Of a stretch of DNA of 64,000 bases, positions 10,258-18,939 are shown one piece after another. The stretch comes from Alphaproteobacteria bacterium (GTDB lineage: Bacteria > Pseudomonadota > Alphaproteobacteria > Rs-D84), in NCBI GenBank assembly GCA_017534945.1, contig JAFXVB010000026.1, positions 65,034-129,033 on the forward strand, given 5' to 3'. The translations under genes were made by a program, and so were the position numbers. Positions within the stretch are counted from its first letter, which is position 1; each line of letters begins with the position of its first letter. The notes beneath the pieces were generated by a model, which saw only the letters and a program-made list of their open reading frames with translations, was not told the DNA's origin and searched no databases.

Positions 10258-10350
10258 AGAACTAAATTTCAATTCCTTCTGTCCGCCTCCGCCAAGGCTA
10301 CGGCGGGACACTGAATTTTCAACCCTCGCTATCGCTTCGGTGAAAATTCG

Positions 10351-10425
10351 TGGTGCGGGCAGCGGGAATCGAACCCGCATTTCAAGCTTGGAAGGCTTGC
10401 ATACTAGCCTTTGTACTATGCCCGC
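10351..10425 (-). tRNA. tRNA-Gly (TCC)
   Basis: GCGGGCATAGTACAA...; anticodon loop CUUCCAA; T arm GCGGG-TTCGATT-CCCGC; encoded CCA. Confidence 0.9.
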
Positions 10426-10476
10426 AACAAATTCGAAGCAAAGCAATTATATATTATTATTTTCCAAACGCAAGTA

Positions 10477-11106
10477 TTATTTGCCCATTGGTGGGAAACA
10501 TGTAATTCCATCACTTAAACAACAATTAAAACCTTGGTTGCCCAAATCTGTATATGTTTCACCTGAACAACAACCGTTCACATCCGGTTCACCACCATCA
10601 TCACACAATTGCCCAGGCTGAACATCTGCTGATTTCATCGGCGGATAACAATGTTCATCATTTGCGGTACAACAATTAAATCCCGCATCACCTAAATCTT
10701 TATATACCTCACCCGGACAACAACCATTTTCATCTGGGGCATCACATGTTGATTTTGCTGCATCCGTTGTTTTTTCGTCTGCCACAAATTCCTGGGGTGC
10801 CGAACCAGAAGGTACGATTTTCTTTTGTTTAATCGAACGCCGCCCTGCCGCTTTTTGCATACAACGCGACCGTTGTTCCACCTTCAAAGATTCCAAACGC
10901 GCCATATCTTCTTCGTTCAATTCATCTTTGGCATTTAACGCATTTATCTCTGTTTTTATATCATCACATGTCACGCGTTTTCCCACAACACGCGTTTCTT
11001 CTTCAACAAACTCTTGTTCAACAAATTCATCTTCGGCAATTGCATTCACCACATACACACATGGAACAAGCATACATATTGACAAAGCAAATATAATTTT
11101 GCGCAT
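10477..11106 (-). CDS. secreted Cys-rich protein with two tandem 6-Cys modules
   Basis: Signal peptide MRKIIFALSICMLVPCVYVVNA. Duplicated module C..(N)GCC.GE.Y.DLG..GFNCC....(H/T)C(Y/F)PPM. Confidence 0.5.
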   Translation of the reverse strand: MRKIIFALSICMLVPCVYVVNAIAEDEFVEQEFVEEETRVVGKRVTCDDIKTEINALNAKDELNEEDMARLESLKVEQRSRCMQKAAGRRSIKQKKIVPSGSAPQEFVADEKTTDAAKSTCDAPDENGCCPGEVYKDLGDAGFNCCTANDEHCYPPMKSADVQPGQLCDDGGEPDVNGCCSGETYTDLGNQGFNCCLSDGITCFPPMGK

Positions 11107-11115
11107 TTTATGTCC

Positions 11116-11847
11116 TTATTCATTTATAATTTTTTCAACCTGCATAATAAAATCAATTGCAGGATTAGTAAGTTTTTTTGCCTTGTTAAAAATCTCTTCG
11201 GCATCTTGTTGCATTTTCAATCTTTTATAAGTTTCAACAACTTCCAAAGTTTCTTGTTCATCAAATTTATCATCTTGAACCGCACGGGCAATTTCTAACT
11301 CTTGTTTTGCCAACGCGCCATATTTTTGATTATTTTCTGGACAACCTTTTTCCGCCATAATTGCATAGATTTTTGCACGTTCAATATGTGTTTCCGCGTC
11401 AGAATCAGCATAAACATTTGGCAATCTGGCATTCAAACTTTCTTCTATTTTTCCGCATGTTGTTTTTATATTCTGCATAGCATTCACATTATCAAAACGA
11501 TAATCTGCACACACGACCTCTAAAACTGCCTGTTTATTTTTTGCCATCTGCACAAAATTATCACGATTTTCAGGGCACCCATAATCAACCAACTTCATAA
11601 TTTTTTCTAAATCTTCTTTAACCGCATCACAGTTTGCATCATCACCCCACATTTTGCCCAGCAAAACTTTTTCAATCGCCTGGCATGATTTTTCCACAGG
11701 CTGTTCAACAACTGGATTTTCAATCTGCTTATTTTTAACCGCGTAATTCCAATTTGCAATTCCAACACCAACCATAGACCCACATATAAATAATGCGATA
11801 AAACCCAACCAAACTTTTAATCTTGCAAATTTATAATTGCTGTTCAT
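11116..11847 (-). CDS. membrane-anchored hypothetical protein with repeated GCPEN motifs
   Basis: N-terminal TM VWLGFIALFICGSMVGVGIA. Two helical modules each contain (Y/K)GCPEN. Confidence 0.45.
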   Translation of the reverse strand: MNSNYKFARLKVWLGFIALFICGSMVGVGIANWNYAVKNKQIENPVVEQPVEKSCQAIEKVLLGKMWGDDANCDAVKEDLEKIMKLVDYGCPENRDNFVQMAKNKQAVLEVVCADYRFDNVNAMQNIKTTCGKIEESLNARLPNVYADSDAETHIERAKIYAIMAEKGCPENNQKYGALAKQELEIARAVQDDKFDEQETLEVVETYKRLKMQQDAEEIFNKAKKLTNPAIDFIMQVEKIINE

Positions 11848-11875
11848 TTTTCTCTCTCCCTTTATATATATATTA

Positions 11876-12592
11876 TTATAACTTATTTACGACCCCATTT
11901 ACAATGGTAATTTTCCTATCTGCACGTGAAGCCAAACCCATATCATGCGTCACAAACAACATCGCCATTTTATTTTTTCGCACCACATCCAACAACAAAT
12001 CAAATACAGCCGACGCATGTGCCGGGTCCAAATTACCTGTGGGTTCATCAGCCAAAACAATCTCTGGCGAATTTGCCAAAGCACGTGCAACCGCAACGCG
12101 TTGCTGTTCTCCGCCTGACATTTGACCTGGCAAATGTGATGCACGATGTTCAACATCAACCGCCTTTAATAATTTTTTAGCACGCGCCACCGCCGCATCT
12201 TCTGTCATACCATTTGCCAACATTGGCATCATAACATTTTCGAGTGCAGTAAAATCCGCCAATAAATTATGCCGTTGATACACAAAGCCAATTTTTTTAC
12301 GACGAACAACAGTGCGGTCTTCTTCACTCATTTGATGCACCGGCACACCGCCAACCAAAATACTGCCCGATGTCGGTTTATCCAACAATCCAACACATTG
12401 CAACAAAGTTGATTTCCCAGACCCCGACGGCCCCACCAAAGCCACAATTTCACCGGCACCCAAATCAAAACCACCGCCGGTTAAAATATGTAATGGCTGA
12501 CCACCTTCCATAAATATTTTTTTAATATCACGCACAGACATAACAATATCTTTTTTTGACACACGCGATAAAGAATTCAAAATATTCGCCAT
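11876..12592 (-). CDS. lolD: lipoprotein-releasing system ATP-binding protein LolD
   Basis: Walker A GPSGSGKSTLL, signature MSGGEQQRVAVARAL, Walker B VLADEPTGNLD. It sits directly downstream of a LolC/E permease. Confidence 0.85.
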   Translation of the reverse strand: MANILNSLSRVSKKDIVMSVRDIKKIFMEGGQPLHILTGGGFDLGAGEIVALVGPSGSGKSTLLQCVGLLDKPTSGSILVGGVPVHQMSEEDRTVVRRKKIGFVYQRHNLLADFTALENVMMPMLANGMTEDAAVARAKKLLKAVDVEHRASHLPGQMSGGEQQRVAVARALANSPEIVLADEPTGNLDPAHASAVFDLLLDVVRKNKMAMLFVTHDMGLASRADRKITIVNGVVNKL

Positions 12593-12606
12593 ATTTATTT
12601 ACCCTT

Positions 12607-13863
12607 TTATTCATTACGCAATACTTCGACCGGATCTGTATTTGCCGCCTTCCATGCTGGATACAATGTTGCTAAAAACGCCAAAACAATAGCAATCAAA
12701 GCAATTCCAAACACAGTCCAAAATTCCACGCGCGATGGCAATTCAGACAAATAATATAATTCCGCCGGAAATAAATCGCGCCCCGTCATCCATTGAAAGA
12801 ATTTACGAATTGGTTCTATATAAATTGCAATAATTGTTCCTAAAAAAGTTCCTGCAACCGCACCAATTATACCAATCGTTGTCCCCGACAACATAAATAT
12901 TTTCATCATAGACCGCCGCGACACACCAAAAGTCCGCAGCACCGCAATATCTTTGGATTTATCTTTGACCAACATAACCAATGACGACACAATATTAAAT
13001 ACCGCAACAATAATAATCAGCATTAAAATCAAAAACATAACATTTGATTCAACCTGTAATGCGCCAACAAAACCACGATTTAAATCACGCCAATCACGCA
13101 CGATAAACCCATCTGGCAAAAGTCTTTGTAATGCTTCACGCACAATTTTTGTATTTTCTGCATCGCGCAAAAACACATCAATATGCGTCACAGATTTTCC
13201 AATATTCAAATATTTTTGCACGGTGGAAAGTGGCATAAACACATACCCAGAATCGTATTCATACATACCCATAAAAAATGTTGTTTTTACCGGATACGCC
13301 ATAATCCGCGGCATAGAACCAAATGGTGTTGGCGTACTGGCATTTGCAGAAACCAAAGAAACATCATCACCTAATGTAATATTCAAACTGCGGGCTAAAC
13401 TGCTGCCTATTACTAATTCACCATCTTTGATTTCGGTAAGTGCTTTACCATAAAAACGCGCACCGTCATCGGTCTTGGCAACCAAATCCGGCATATTTAT
13501 TCCACGAATCATTGCCCCAGAATTGCGTCCCTTGGCCGTCACCATAACCTGACCTTCGGCAATTGGAACAATTGATGTCGCATTTGACATAACAATTTTA
13601 TTTTGTTTGATTTTATCAATTAAATAATTGTAATCACCAATTGCGCCATCTTGATGATACACGACGACATGACCGTTCATACCAACAATTCGTCCCAACA
13701 AAACATCATGAAAACCGCCCATAACAGACATAACAACAATCAATGTTGCCACACCTAACATAATTCCAATCAAAGACACCCAAGATACAACCGAACCAAA
13801 CCCGCGTTTTTTAGCCCATAAATATCTGTATGCAACTTTTTTTTCTAATTTTGAAAACAACAT
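12607..13863 (-). CDS. lolC: lipoprotein-releasing system permease LolC/LolE family
   Basis: N terminus AYRYLWAKKRGFGSVVSWVSLIGIMLGVATLIVVMSVMGGF; FtsX-like C-terminal TM domain; 418 aa. Confidence 0.8.
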   Translation of the reverse strand: MLFSKLEKKVAYRYLWAKKRGFGSVVSWVSLIGIMLGVATLIVVMSVMGGFHDVLLGRIVGMNGHVVVYHQDGAIGDYNYLIDKIKQNKIVMSNATSIVPIAEGQVMVTAKGRNSGAMIRGINMPDLVAKTDDGARFYGKALTEIKDGELVIGSSLARSLNITLGDDVSLVSANASTPTPFGSMPRIMAYPVKTTFFMGMYEYDSGYVFMPLSTVQKYLNIGKSVTHIDVFLRDAENTKIVREALQRLLPDGFIVRDWRDLNRGFVGALQVESNVMFLILMLIIIVAVFNIVSSLVMLVKDKSKDIAVLRTFGVSRRSMMKIFMLSGTTIGIIGAVAGTFLGTIIAIYIEPIRKFFQWMTGRDLFPAELYYLSELPSRVEFWTVFGIALIAIVLAFLATLYPAWKAANTDPVEVLRNE

Positions 13864-13877
13864 CCTATAACCTTTTA

Positions 13878-15203
13878 TTAGTTATTCAAAAATTCCCGCA
13901 AATCATCACCAACCAATTCGTCCACAGATTCCGTTGCTTTTGTATCAACAATCGACACCAATCGTGGCGACATAAACACAACCAATTCTGCAAACGGACT
14001 GATTAATGTTTCCGGTGTTGTCACAAAAGAATGTGTTGGAATACCAATAATCACATAATTATCGCCAACACTGGATGGAATATTAAACGAAGTCAATTCA
14101 CCATATTTTGTTGTTAAAACGATTTTTGCATCTATTTTTTGATATCCACCATAATCACCATAACGCCCTGTTGCACCAACAATTAAATCTGTTTCCAATC
14201 TATCTTCTTTACTACATTGACCAATATCAAATTTTGATTGCCAACCATTTGGAATTGAAAAAGTCCCCTGGGAAATCAAAACAATATTTGCCTGGGTCGC
14301 TAAAAATTCTTGCAAAGTTTTTGTATTCACTTCTGGACCCACAACCAACGCACGACCAACAACACCCGGTATAGACATTTTTACATTATGCTTACCAAAT
14401 GCCGGCAACATATTCATCCAAATAATTGGATTATCTGTCTTTGGATACACACGATACACATCCATATCCCACGCCAACATATATTTTTTCGATGCGATAT
14501 CTGCAATTATTCTGGACACTTCGCGTTCTGTTTGATAATCGCCTTCGAACACGACGGTTTTATCTTGCCAATTTACCAACAAATTACGCACATCTGCGCC
14601 ATGCATAGCGTCCAACAAAGCCATTATAATTGCTTCATCTTTTGGCATTTTAATCATCCATTTTGCACGATGTTGCAAATGAATTTCAGCGGTTTCCGCA
14701 TCATAAGAATAATACGCACGTCCCATTTTAGAAATCAAATCAACCGTATCCATCAAAGTTCCCGATTGTACTTCACCAGAAATTTTTTCAATCAATTGTT
14801 CGTCTGTCACAACCGATACATCTGTGCCATCTAATAGCTTATTCAACGCCGCCGCAACCGTCACATCTTTGAATTTATATTCATTCACAGACAAATCTGG
14901 CATTGCATCACCTAAACCCAAACGCACCATTTCAATTTTTTCTTCGCGAACCACAGAAACCACAGATTGATTATCCCAATCAACCGTACACCGCATTGGC
15001 AATTCCACAGAAAACCTTTGCGCCGTATCCGTTGTCAACGCCGCTTTCTTTGGAAATATCGGCACAGACCGTTCATCAATAACCATATTTTCAACAACCT
15101 GGACGGTATCATATTGTTGAACATTATTTTTATTTTGACATCCAACACATACGAACAACGCCACAAAGCACAATAAAATTTTTTTCATCTTTTTTCTCCA
15201 CAT
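13878..15203 (-). CDS. lipoprotein, possibly a divergent short secretin (type IVb PilN/BfpB-like)
   Basis: Lipobox FVCVGCQ (the start is probably MKKILL at 15188). N-domain-like YKFKDVTVAAALNKLLDGTDVSVV. The C terminus YVIIGIPTHSF...ELVVFMSPRLVSI resembles the end of secretin domains. Confidence 0.35.
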   Translation of the reverse strand: MWRKKMKKILLCFVALFVCVGCQNKNNVQQYDTVQVVENMVIDERSVPIFPKKAALTTDTAQRFSVELPMRCTVDWDNQSVVSVVREEKIEMVRLGLGDAMPDLSVNEYKFKDVTVAAALNKLLDGTDVSVVTDEQLIEKISGEVQSGTLMDTVDLISKMGRAYYSYDAETAEIHLQHRAKWMIKMPKDEAIIMALLDAMHGADVRNLLVNWQDKTVVFEGDYQTEREVSRIIADIASKKYMLAWDMDVYRVYPKTDNPIIWMNMLPAFGKHNVKMSIPGVVGRALVVGPEVNTKTLQEFLATQANIVLISQGTFSIPNGWQSKFDIGQCSKEDRLETDLIVGATGRYGDYGGYQKIDAKIVLTTKYGELTSFNIPSSVGDNYVIIGIPTHSFVTTPETLISPFAELVVFMSPRLVSIVDTKATESVDELVGDDLREFLNN

Positions 15204-15217
15204 CTTCTTATAACATA

Positions 15218-15538
15218 CTATATGTTCATAATTTTTTCAAATTCTTCCAATGTCATTTCATAAATCGGTTTTTCAGTTGGTGTGACCAAATCTTTGACCC
15301 CATCAAATCTTTCCTGAAAAATTTTCATCACGCGCGCGACATCATCTGGGACTGGACCTGCCTCGGTTAACCTACGACCATATTCAACAATATATTCCAA
15401 CACATCTGCGACAAAGAAACGTCCCACATAATTTTCCATGGCGATACCGCCCTTTTCCACGCAAATCGCCGACATAGTCGTCAACATTTGGTTATAAAAA
15501 TTTGCTAATTTAATAAAATTTTGAACAGATATAGCCAT
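15218..15538 (-). CDS. hypothetical protein (106 aa)
   Basis: ORF only. It lies on the same strand directly upstream of the secretin-like lipoprotein. Confidence 0.4.
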   Translation of the reverse strand: MAISVQNFIKLANFYNQMLTTMSAICVEKGGIAMENYVGRFFVADVLEYIVEYGRRLTEAGPVPDDVARVMKIFQERFDGVKDLVTPTEKPIYEMTLEEFEKIMNI

Positions 15539-15612
15539 CTGTGCTCCTTCCTCTTTTTTTCATATTATAAAAACTATTGCCCCACAAACGCAAATGAATT
15601 ATAATATAAAAT

Positions 15613-15993
15613 ATGAAAATAAAACAACTTGCTTTATTACTGGCTTTGACCGCTTGTGCATCTGCCAATCGGGGCAGTATTGATGACGCCACAATATTGA
15701 ATTGGGAAAACGAAGCCGTCACAACCGAACAATTTGTCCGCGACCATAAATCTTGTTTGGGAATAAAGGCCACAGATTACACCCCGCGTTCGCGTATTGC
15801 GCGCCTACTTTCCCCAAACCAAAGCGACCAAATGCCGGATTGGGACGGAATATGGGTCACATTTCAATCAAACGAATATCGTGATGTTGGCCAACGCGCA
15901 TTAATGTCTGTTCCCCGGAACAAAGCATCAAAAACTGTCGGTGCATACCGCCGTTGCATGATGCGTCGCGGTTATTTATTGCGTGCAATATAA
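15613..15993 (+). CDS. hypothetical lipoprotein (126 aa)
   Basis: Lipobox LLLALTACAS. TATAAT at 15600-15605 lies 7 nt before the ATG, so the mRNA may be leaderless. Confidence 0.5.
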   Translation: MKIKQLALLLALTACASANRGSIDDATILNWENEAVTTEQFVRDHKSCLGIKATDYTPRSRIARLLSPNQSDQMPDWDGIWVTFQSNEYRDVGQRALMSVPRNKASKTVGAYRRCMMRRGYLLRAI

Positions 15994-16029
15994 AAATATT
16001 TTATCACACTTTCTTATTTATAAAAAATA

Positions 16030-16038
16030 TGGTATAAT
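16030..16038 (+). promoter_or_regulatory. extended -10 promoter element TGGTATAAT preceding the ftsQ ATG by 7 nt
   Basis: A TGnTATAAT match. The ATG at 16046 begins 7 nt after the -10 hexamer. Confidence 0.3.
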
Positions 16039-16045
16039 ATACCGC

Positions 16046-16726
16046 ATGAGGCGGTCTATCTGGTTTTGGATATCTTTTTGCGTTGCCATTGTTTTGGCGG
16101 TGTATTTTATTTCCCGTATAATTATGGTTGGAATGGGACATGGGTCAATGGCACGATTGCACAAAACATCAATTATTGCCGATATTGAAAACAAAGACAT
16201 GACTGCATTATCTGCGGCGGCGGCATTACCAAAAAACACACCATTGTATTCCATCGATTTAAACGAAATAAATTCCAACATTTTATCTGTTCCCGGCGTC
16301 AAAGATTCTGCAACCCGTCGATTACCAAATGGGAATTTAATTATACATGTATCATATCATCACTTTGTTGCGGCATGGACCGATGGCGAAAGTTATTTTC
16401 CATTATCAGACGATGGCACAATTGCAAACAATCCATCATCTGAACGTCCAACAACCGCAATTTTATTTCGCGGGCCGGTTCCAAATGACATAACCGAAAT
16501 CACCAACGCCGCAAACGATATGTTGGCCGACATTGATTATCTGGAATGGATTGAAAATCGCCGTTGGGATATTCATACAACTGGCGGAATTACAATTAAA
16601 TTACCAGAAAAAGATTTTGGTACTGCAATTGCAAGTTTAATAACCATAAACAAAAACCATAATATACTTGGTCGCGATATACGCGTGATTGATATGCGCG
16701 ACACCGCACGCATATTGGTAAAATAA
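16046..16726 (+). CDS. ftsQ: cell division protein FtsQ-like (POTRA domain)
   Basis: One TM (WFWISFCVAIVLAVYFISRII) followed by a POTRA-like region; it sits immediately upstream of ftsA. I placed the start at MRRSIW; the ORF track starts at 15983 and overlaps the previous gene. Confidence 0.6.
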   Translation: MRRSIWFWISFCVAIVLAVYFISRIIMVGMGHGSMARLHKTSIIADIENKDMTALSAAAALPKNTPLYSIDLNEINSNILSVPGVKDSATRRLPNGNLIIHVSYHHFVAAWTDGESYFPLSDDGTIANNPSSERPTTAILFRGPVPNDITEITNAANDMLADIDYLEWIENRRWDIHTTGGITIKLPEKDFGTAIASLITINKNHNILGRDIRVIDMRDTARILVK

Positions 16727-16727
16727 A

Positions 16728-18500
16728 ATGAACTTATTTGATTCTTGCTTTTTATGCCTTGATATCGGGACCAGTTGCGTTCGTGGAATCGCGCATCGCG
16801 TTTGTTCGGCCAAGATAGTTCAATCTGCAACCGCAATGTGCGATAATTTTAATCAGCAATTCGCCGTAAAATCTGTTATTGATAATTTAGAACACGAATT
16901 AAAAACACACTTTGAATCCGCATACATAACCGGAAATTTTGGTGCCACAGAATATCTTCGTCCGCGTCAAAATACACTTTGGAACGGCGAACACAAAATT
17001 ATGGGCAAAGATATCGGTTCTCAAATTTCCAAGATTGCATTTCCAGACGGTTTTTCACCAATTCACATTATGCCACTGCAATACGACACACCGTCTGCGC
17101 GGCGTATAAAAACACCGATTGGATATACCGACCATCAATTAATATCTACATTTGGTGTAATTTGTTATGAAACAGAAAGATTAAACGAAATCGTATCAAT
17201 CTTACACAAAGCACACATCCAATATGACGGTTTATTCGACCCACATTATTTACAAAACATGACTTTACGCAAACCCGGTGAAACCGTATTGTTCATTGAC
17301 CTGGGGGCTGAATTTTCAAGCATATCAATTTGGAACGACAATGGTGTTTTATGGCATAAAAAACTAGAAATTGGTATGTCAAATATCACAATGGATTTAT
17401 CGAATTCTTTGCATATTGATTTTGATGAAGCCGAAAGAATAAAACGCATGACGGCAAATTTGATACCACGCGCGATGGACCGCATGGTTCCCGCGGACAC
17501 CGCATACGATTTTTCGCGTGGCGATGTGAACGATGTGATTGTTCCACGTGTTGTTGAAATAATTGGAAAAATCAAAGATGCCGCCGCCGAACATGTATCA
17601 CAATGTAATCCTACAAAAATTATAATCAGTGGTGGCGGAACACAAATTGACGGTGTTGTTGATTTTGTTGAAAACGCATTTGGATTACCTGCTGAAAATC
17701 ATCATGCCGACGCAACCATAACTGCATTATCTAATTATGTATGGGACGCGCAAAAATATGCCCGCGAAAAATATCTGGAACGCAGTGCACGCCACGAAAA
17801 AATCATAAATAAAATTGCAAAATTATTTACAAGAAAACATAAAACAAAAAAACCAAAATTCATACCAATTGCGCCATCGACATTATGTTTTAACATGTTG
17901 AATCCTTTAACATATAAGATGTTTGAATCCGGTGGCATATCAACAATACATGTTGATATTATGGACGGATTTTATGTGGATAAAATTGCTGGTGGAATCC
18001 CCGAATTAAAAACAATCCGTAACAACACACGCGCACATTTGCATGTCCATTTAATGACAGAAAATCCATCTATTTGGGCGGCGAACGCGATAAAGGCGGG
18101 TGCCGACACAATCATTTTATCATTGAACACATCTGGGGTTCGTGCGGCTTTGCGTGGGATTCGTGCAACCGGTCGCCGCGCTGGTGTTGCAATAAATCCA
18201 AACACACCATTGTCTGCATTGGTGCCAATATTACGCGATGTTGATGAAATTATGGTAATGGGTGTTATGCCGGGTGCCGCCGGTCAAACATTTAATCCAT
18301 CTGTATTGCAAAGGATATCGACACTATACACAACACGCAAAAAACATGGATTAAAATACATAATATCTGTGGACGGTGGCATCAACCCAGAAACCGCACA
18401 ACAATGTTGGGCATCTGGGGCGGATTTATTGGTATGTGGTTCTTACCTTGCCAAATCAAATGACTTTCCATTGGCCGTACAAAGTTTATTAAAAAAATAA
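16728..18500 (+). CDS. FtsA-like actin-fold protein fused in frame to ribulose-phosphate 3-epimerase
   Basis: N-terminal part: CLDIGTSCVRGIA, FIDLGAEFSSISIW, IIISGGGTQIDGVVDFVENAFGLPA (FtsA). C-terminal part from about 17866: IAPS, HVDIMDGFYV, HVHLMTENP, VMGVMPGAAGQ, SVDGGIN (Rpe). No stop codon separates the two. Confidence 0.65.
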   Translation: MNLFDSCFLCLDIGTSCVRGIAHRVCSAKIVQSATAMCDNFNQQFAVKSVIDNLEHELKTHFESAYITGNFGATEYLRPRQNTLWNGEHKIMGKDIGSQISKIAFPDGFSPIHIMPLQYDTPSARRIKTPIGYTDHQLISTFGVICYETERLNEIVSILHKAHIQYDGLFDPHYLQNMTLRKPGETVLFIDLGAEFSSISIWNDNGVLWHKKLEIGMSNITMDLSNSLHIDFDEAERIKRMTANLIPRAMDRMVPADTAYDFSRGDVNDVIVPRVVEIIGKIKDAAAEHVSQCNPTKIIISGGGTQIDGVVDFVENAFGLPAENHHADATITALSNYVWDAQKYAREKYLERSARHEKIINKIAKLFTRKHKTKKPKFIPIAPSTLCFNMLNPLTYKMFESGGISTIHVDIMDGFYVDKIAGGIPELKTIRNNTRAHLHVHLMTENPSIWAANAIKAGADTIILSLNTSGVRAALRGIRATGRRAGVAINPNTPLSALVPILRDVDEIMVMGVMPGAAGQTFNPSVLQRISTLYTTRKKHGLKYIISVDGGINPETAQQCWASGADLLVCGSYLAKSNDFPLAVQSLLKK

Positions 18501-18519
18501 TACCGCAAATGCGGTATTT

Positions 18520-18936
18520 TTATTTGATAACCAATTTTCGCCCAGTATTACAAAATTCATCACATGGCGATATATATATATGAATTGTATTACTTGGCAA
18601 CATACCCGCGGCAACATCTGGCCACTCTATAAGAGTAATATCATTTTGCATTGCATACGACAAACCGATTTCTTCCAATTCGCTTGCATCTGTAATTCTG
18701 TATAAATCAAAGTGCGATATTCCATCATAATTTTGAACAATTGTAAATGTTGGACTTGGCACCACAGTATCTTCACCACGCAAAGTACGAATAATTGTTC
18801 GTGCAATCTCACTTTTTCCCATACCCAAATCACCATGCAATGCAACAGTTTGTGGCGCATGCAAAGTTTTTGCAAATTCGCGCGCCCACGCATGTGTTGC
18901 TTCTAAATCTGGCAAACAAATTTCCGTCATAAACAA
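18520..18936 (-). CDS. tsaE: tRNA threonylcarbamoyladenosine biosynthesis protein TsaE
   Basis: P-loop HGDLGMGKSEIARTIIR, SPTFTIVQ and HFDLYR motifs. Confidence 0.8.
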   Translation of the reverse strand: MFMTEICLPDLEATHAWAREFAKTLHAPQTVALHGDLGMGKSEIARTIIRTLRGEDTVVPSPTFTIVQNYDGISHFDLYRITDASELEEIGLSYAMQNDITLIEWPDVAAGMLPSNTIHIYISPCDEFCNTGRKLVIK

Positions 18937-18939
18937 CCC

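Noticed and set aside
10281-10309. An imperfect GC-rich hairpin (GTCCGCC...GGCGGGAC) in the tRNA-Tyr/tRNA-Gly spacer, considered as a small ncRNA.
   Set aside because: It is short and lies inside a probable tRNA co-transcript. It is more simply a processing or structural spacer element.
17975-17983. A perfect DnaA box complement, TGTGGATAA.
   Set aside because: It is an isolated single box inside the ftsA-rpe coding region with no AT-rich unwinding context, so it is most likely a chance occurrence.
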